From Eledone cirrhosa (taxonomy: Eukaryota): a stretch of DNA of 64,000 nt. The notes under the pieces are model-generated. The model saw only the letters and a program-made list of their open reading frames with translations, ran no database searches and had not been told where the DNA came from. Every line of letters begins with the position of its first letter. Position 1 is the first letter of the stretch. The stretch lies in contig OZ024765.1 of the NCBI GenBank assembly GCA_964016885.1, positions 9,424,001-9,488,000 on the forward strand, given 5' to 3'. Both the position numbers and the translations under genes were made by a program. Positions 57,159-64,000 of the stretch are shown piece by piece.

Positions 57159-57617
57159 TACTATTTCATTATAATACCATTATATATATTTTAAAGGATT
57201 GTAAATAAAACGAGTAAATCAGACAAAGTTGGAATTCCTCTTATTAATATAATCTTCTATACACAATCATACACACCCGTGTATATTTACCTATCTATAT
57301 CTATATATATCTATATATATATATATATATACGAAATTCAAAGGGTATATATATATATAAATTAGACAAAGTCATAGATACATATATATGTTTTGGGCAA
57401 CCATTTACGGTGTGGCTCAATGAAGAATTAATTAAATAATTAATAATCAGAGCAATATATAAAAAAGTAAATCCAAAGAATCATTAGATAAAATATATAC
57501 AGTATTTCCTTTCCCAATCAACCACACAAAAAATCATTTAAACGAGGCTATAAGTTTAAAATGTACTTACTGATTGGGAGAGGAAATACTGTATATATGT
57601 ATCACCCTTCTTTCTCG

Positions 57618-57656
<39 letters not shown>

Positions 57657-57772
57657 CGAGAAAGAAGGGTGATACGGTTTGCTATGCAAAAAAGGTTTTT
57701 AATCTCATTGCTGTCAATTGTTTCTCTGAACTGGTAGGTCTAGAGATCGCTATCCGCTTATTTTCACGTTAC

Positions 57773-57827
<55 letters not shown>

Positions 57828-58106
57828 CAGCGAGAATCGTATTTCGGCTGGTTGAAAAAGCGAAACGAAATGCAAAATCGTAGAAATGCTGGCAAGCGTT
57901 CAATAGTTAAAAAAAACTAGAGCTAAACAATAAGTTAAAACGCCATACAAACTGAAAAGTGGTCAAGAAGGCATTAACCACCTAAGCCAAAAAACAAATC
58001 AAGCTAAACAGGTCAAACAAAAAAAAAAATATATGAACCTCTTCAAATGAAGTTGATGTTTATTACGGTATGTCGAATATATTTATCTATAAAACTGTTT
58101 ATATTG

Positions 58107-58172
58107 TATTTTGTCTGATGAAGGCATAGCATATTGTTAATATGATATCCCCGAAATATATATAATGAAATA
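58107..58172 (+). ncRNA. Type-I minimal hammerhead ribozyme motif
   Basis: TATTTTGT-CTGATGA-AGG..CATATT/AATATG..CCC-GAAA-TATATA-TA^-ATGAAATA; distal stem II differs from the 56908 copy yet still pairs. Confidence 0.72.
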
Positions 58173-58686
58173 AATATGGTTTTATAAATATAGTTTTCCA
58201 TTTATTTAATATTGTAAATATACTCCAAGTATTTGTCGAGTGCTTTTATATCAGTTATAAATATTTACTAGATGTAACCCAACAATTTTAAATATAACTT
58301 TACATATATATATATATATATATATATATAACGAAGGAAATGTGGTAAGGAACCAGGTGGACCATAACGCACCAAAGTACTCAATACTTAGGGTAGTAGA
58401 GTGGGCAATAGGAACGAGTAGGACCCCGACGGCTAATTCTGGACTAAAGAAATTCCAAAACGAAGTATATATATATATATATATATATAATAAAGAATTT
58501 ATATCTAGCAACATATATATACATACAAATGCATATCGATGCTAGCAAATATATAGGTTTTGTCTTAATAACATTGTGGTTCAATGCATGGGGTTGCAGA
58601 ACAATAATACGAGAGACGTAAGATAAGAAAATTATAAAATTATTTTAGTAAGTAAGTTAATTTTATAATTTTCTTATCTTACGTCT

Positions 58687-58751
<65 letters not shown>

Positions 58752-59386
58752 TTCGTTTTGGAATTTCTTTTGCAAGATTTCTTATCTGAAAACGTGTGTT
58801 GAAACAGATATTGTTATACTTTGGTAGGGTCATGCTGCCAATAAAAACACACACACCTGTTGATTTTCACCTCAATTTATTATCAAGTTCCGGTTGGTTG
58901 GTTCCATAACCGGATGTTTGTTTAGATATTATCAAAGCTCTTTCGTCACACATTGCATCTTTCCTGTGTGTGGATATCATTTTTATCTCTATTTTCTTTC
59001 ATCTGCCCCTGTGTTCTATTTTGGCATATTGGTGGCGTACTGATGAGCTTTTCCCATCCTAGAGTTCTCGCCAGTGTTCACTTATTCTTTCTCCCAAGCT
59101 ACGTAAATAAATGAAAAAAACACACACACACACCCGGATGTAACGTATGCACACACTAAGCACACAATACACAACACACAAAAACAAGAGAGTGTAGGAC
59201 AGAACAAAGGTGAGACACAAAATAAAAACCTAGTCACTGAGGTCACAGAATGCGTGACGAAATAGCTTTGACAATAAAAAAACAACCATCTGGTTCTCGA
59301 ACCAACCAACCGAAAATTTATAATAAATTGAAGTGAAATCAACAGGTGCGTGTGTTTTTATTGACAGTATGACCCTCCCAAAGTAT

Positions 59387-59418
<32 letters not shown>

Positions 59419-59449
59419 GATCAAAAGATGGTTAAAGGAGTTCCATGTA

Positions 59450-59516
59450 TTTTATTATGCGCATTTCAAAAACAAACATCATCATGCAATAATATTTGCG
59501 TTTTCATCAGATAAAA
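59450..59516 (-). ncRNA. Type-I minimal hammerhead ribozyme motif (sense, GPCR intron 1)
   Basis: Reverse complement: TTTTAT-CTGATGA-AAACGCAAATATT..GATGTTTGTTTTT-GAAA-TGCGCA-TA^-ATAAAA; palindromic stem III TGCGCA. Confidence 0.72.
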
Positions 59517-60441
59517 CAGGAGAACATGATATGAAGGCTAAAAAACACTTGTGGATAGTGCAGTTTTAAATCAACATATGAAAAGTAGTTTTAGATTGAT
59601 GTGTGATATTGGGAAAAATATTTTATTTAGAGAGGGGGGGGGGGAGGATGAAAAAAGGGGAGGAGATGAGAGTGAAGGTGGAGAGGGAGAGATGGGTGAT
59701 AGAGAGAAAGAGATAGTTTTTATAACTGAGAGAAGATATATTGTTTTACATAGAGAGGTTGAAAGCCGTTGGAAGATAATGTATAAATTAAAAGAATTTG
59801 AAAATTAACGAAGGGAAAAATATGTACGAGGAAAAAATATTTTATTTAGAGAGGGGGGGGGGGAAGGATGAAAAAAGGGGAGGAGATGAAAACACAAATA
59901 TTATTGCATGATGATGTTTGTTTTTGAAATGCGCATAATAAAATACATGGAACTCCTTTAACCATCTTTTGATCTTATATATTATGTATACTCCAGTCCT
60001 ACAAACTGTAGAGTGCTTCTTATCCGATATCTGCATTGCTTTATTGTACTACAATAAAACTCACCTCCTACATATATATATATATATATATATAAATTTT
60101 GAGTATATGTTGGTTGTTTACCGACACCTCAGTATGCAGATTGTGAAGCACTCGACGAAGTAGGCAGGTTGGTTTGTTTACTCCGGAGTAATGTAAAATT
60201 ATGTAAAATAATCATATGATTCCAGTTCCTCAGAGAAATAACAACAACACAACCAGGAGCTGGACATATAGATGTATTGACAGACTAAAACACACTTCAA
60301 CAACACGTGTACCTGTCTTTTACACACCAGTTCGGACTTCCTGAAGAGGTCACAGCCAATGATAGCTGTCACCGAAATATATATAACAGTATATCTATAA
60401 TTTATAATAAACGAAGCCAAATTTTACATATTTGACTTAAT

Positions 60442-60487
<46 letters not shown>

Positions 60488-60613
60488 ATTGTTTCCGAAG
60501 AAGACGATCTGATCTAAACTATATATGAGATCTGATAGTATACAGTTATATAACTGCTATAGATCAGACAATATGTCAATATGATCAACCCTCCGAAACG
60601 ATCGTAAAACAAT
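60488..60613 (+). ncRNA. Hammerhead-like motif with variant core (CCGAAGA) and ~90-nt stem II region
   Basis: ATTGTTT-CCGAAGA-[long insert containing TCTGATCTA/TAGATCAGA]-GAAA-CGATCG-TA^-AAACAAT. Confidence 0.5.
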
Positions 60614-60676
60614 GATATGAATAGGTAAAATAACTCGATATTGTTGTTTTTATTTTCATTGTTAAATTAATATCCA

Positions 60677-60747
<71 letters not shown>

Positions 60748-60880
60748 CAATGATTAATATGGTTCGTTGATTAATCAACGAATACAATTTTACAATAGAT
60801 TAGAAGCACTCGACAGTAGATCTTCCTGGAGTGTTTAATATTATTCAAAACCGTAGCGGTATGTCACATATCAAATCTTA

Positions 60881-60943
60881 TATTTTATCTGATGAAAACG
60901 TACTTAAACACCATTGTACCTTTGAAATATGTATAATAAAATA
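60881..60943 (+). ncRNA. Type-I minimal hammerhead ribozyme motif
   Basis: TATTTTAT-CTGATGA-AAACGTAC..GTACCTTT-GAAA-TATGTA-TA^-ATAAAATA. Confidence 0.72.
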
Positions 60944-61085
60944 TATATTTTGATTATGAGAATATTTTTCATTTATTAACATTTTGAATAATATTTTATA
61001 TATATTTATATATATATATAGGGAGAGAGAGGGGGGGATAGATAGAGAGAGAGAGATATTTCGGTGTGAGTGCACGTGCTTATGA

Positions 61086-61117
<32 letters not shown>

Positions 61118-61877
61118 CTGCTTGTGTGTGTGTGTGTGTGTGTGTGGCAGAAGGAGAAAGAATAAGCTGTGGTGGTGGTGATGGTGGTGGTGGTGGTACC
61201 GGTAGTGGTGGTGGTTGTGGTGGTGATGGTGGTGGTGGTGGTGGTACCGGTAGTGGTGGTGGTGGTGGTGGTAGTGGTGGTGGTAGTGGTGGTGGTGGTG
61301 GTGGTGGTGGTAGTGGTGGTGATTGTGGTGGTGATGGTGGTGGTGGTGATGGTACCGGTAGTGGTGGTGGTGGTGGTGGTAGTGGTGGTGGTTGTGGTGG
61401 TGATGGTGGTGGTGGTGATGGTACCGGTAGTGGTGGTGGTGGTGGTGGTAGTGGTGGTGGTTGTGGTGGTGATGGTGGTGGTGGTGATGGTACCGGTAGT
61501 GGTGGTAGTGCTGGTGGTAGTGGTGGTGGTTGTGGTGGCGATGGTGGTGGTGGTGATGGTACCGGTAGTGGTGGTGCTGGTGCTGGTGGTGGTTGTGGTG
61601 GTGATGGTACCGGTAGTGGTAGTGCTGGTGGTAGTGGTGGTGGTTGTGGTGGCGATGGTGGTGGTGGTGATGGTACCGGTAGTGGTGGTGGTAGTGGTGG
61701 TGGTGGTGGTGATGGTGGTGGTGGTGGTGATGGTACCGGTAGTGGTGGTGCTGGTGGTGCTGGTGGTGGTGATGGTACCGGTGGTGGTGGTGCTGGTGGT
61801 GGTGGTGGTGGTGGAGGTCTTAGTGATGATAGTGGTGGTCGAGAAGTAAGCAAACTATGTTTTCAGCTGTGACTTAC

Positions 61878-62024
61878 CTTATAGAAATTAAAGACGTCCA
61901 AGGAAGAATTACTATAGACTCGACTTGTGAGATCCTGTTGCTCTATGATGTCGTATGTAAGATTCTGTTGTATATCCAGATTCGATGCATTTGTTTTCAA
62001 TGACTGATTAAATGAAGAAAACAT
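61878..62024 (-). CDS. CCAPR: CCAP/NPS-type receptor exon 1 (glycosylated N-terminus)
   Basis: MFSSFNQSLKTNASNLDIQQNLTYDIIEQQDLTSRVYSNSSLDVFNFYK, with 4 NxS/T sequons. In-frame stop upstream of the ATG; donor gtaagt. Confidence 0.85.
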
Positions 62025-62099
62025 ATTGTATCCTGCTTCGTTGCTTTGAGTAAAATGGTCGACTGATGTTGCTAAATATCAATGGCGAAAGTTTTTCAG

Positions 62100-62159
<60 letters not shown>

Positions 62160-62235
62160 CTATAGCTATCACTCTGCTCTTTCGGGCTTTCTCTCTCTCC
62201 CCTTCACTCTCTTTCTCTATACATACACTCACATG

Positions 62236-62268
<33 letters not shown>

Positions 62269-62426
62269 CTAGAGAGAGAGAGAGGGAGAGAGAGGGAGTG
62301 GGAGGGGGAGGGGGAGAGCGAGGGGGAGAGCGAGGGGGAGAGCGAGGGGGAGAGCGAGGGGGAGAGCGAGGGAGAGAGAGTGCGGCGGGAGGGAGAAAGT
62401 CTGAAAGAACAGAGTGATAGCTATAG

Positions 62427-62488
<62 letters not shown>

Positions 62489-62701
62489 ATGTATATAGGA
62501 ACCAGTAAGACCCCGACAGCTGAGCTCAAGCCGTTTCGACGGCTAATTCTGGACTCAAATTAGCCGTCCAGAATTAGCCGTCGAAACGGCTTGAGCTCAG
62601 CTGTCGGGGTCTTACTGGTTCCTATTACCCACTCTACTACCTCAAGTATTGAGTACTTTGGTGCGTTATGGTCCACCTGGTTCCTTACCACATTTCCTTC
62701 G

Positions 62702-62768
<67 letters not shown>

Positions 62769-62769
62769 T

Positions 62770-62912
<143 letters not shown>

Positions 62913-62914
62913 TA

Positions 62915-62977
<63 letters not shown>

Positions 62978-63071
62978 TTCTATAGCTATCACTCTGTTCT
63001 TTCAGACTTTCTCTCGCTAGCTTTCACTTTATATATGTATATGTATATGTGTATGTTTGTGTGTGTATCTT

Positions 63072-63535
<464 letters not shown>

Positions 63536-63712
63536 TAATAATAATATTATTTATACTTATATATACACTATATATAATTATAAACAGGGAAGGTCAGTAA
63601 TTCATTACCACCTTATTACCAGTAAGAAAAATAGCTCTATGTAAATACATCAGATATTTTACAGAGCAGGAATATAAATTACAGAATAATCAAAGCTATG
63701 TTCAAAACATTT

Positions 63713-63765
63713 TAGTGCTGACAATCGTTTCTTCCAAACTTTCGTTTGCAATCATCGGAGCACTA
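63713..63765 (-). ncRNA. Hammerhead-like motif with variant core (CCGATGA), GUC site
   Basis: Reverse complement: TAGTGCT-CCGATGA-TTGCAAAC GAAA GTTTGGAA-GAAA-CGATTG-TC^-AGCACTA. Confidence 0.6.
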
Positions 63766-64000
63766 GCAAAGTTTAGACATATAATTAACCTCCTATTCCA
63801 CAGAACAATCGTAAAAATACGTAGATGTTGTTAGTATTGTCATTAACAGTGTCATATTTAAAGAGTGAAGATGATGTGGACAGTATCAGTGGATGCGACA
63901 AAGATTATAAAAGAATAATACAACAATTATAGAGGAATTAAAGAAGAGAGTTACTCGCAAAATGAGGACATTAGCGGCACATATGCAAACGTATAGAAAG

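Noticed and set aside
60341-60390. Hammerhead core CTGAAGA-stem II-GAAA-TATATA-TA
   Set aside because: Stem I flanks (CTTC / ACAG) do not pair; treated as a chimeric or decayed remnant.

Overview
This is eukaryotic, AT-rich, microsatellite-saturated genomic DNA. The SINE families and the (TA)n/(CA)n load look like an octopod cephalopod (inference). Almost all ORFs in the supplied track are microsatellite artefacts. Manual splice reconstruction gives two complete, convergent, multi-exon genes. The first is a 6-exon secreted S1 serine protease on + (11988-22539, 267 aa, intact His/Asp/Ser triad). The second is a 9-exon rhodopsin-type neuropeptide GPCR of the CCAP receptor/neuropeptide S receptor family on - (62024-26387, 493 aa). 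The remainder is tRNA-derived SINEs, RTE-like LINE fragments, a hAT element, a Helitron, MITEs, several minisatellites and a 200-N scaffold gap. The most notable hidden signal is at least 13 complete type-I minimal hammerhead ribozyme motifs, plus several variant, split or half motifs. They come from several sequence-unrelated short (TA)n-anchored elements that often form fold-backs, consistent with Penelope-like retroelement ends or retrozymes. Several lie in sense orientation inside or next to the two genes. Also notable are a 124-bp minisatellite carrying 10 extra copies of a GPCR splice donor and a candidate HDV-like ribozyme at the 5' end of an RTE-derived element. All ribozyme calls are manual folds and untested.
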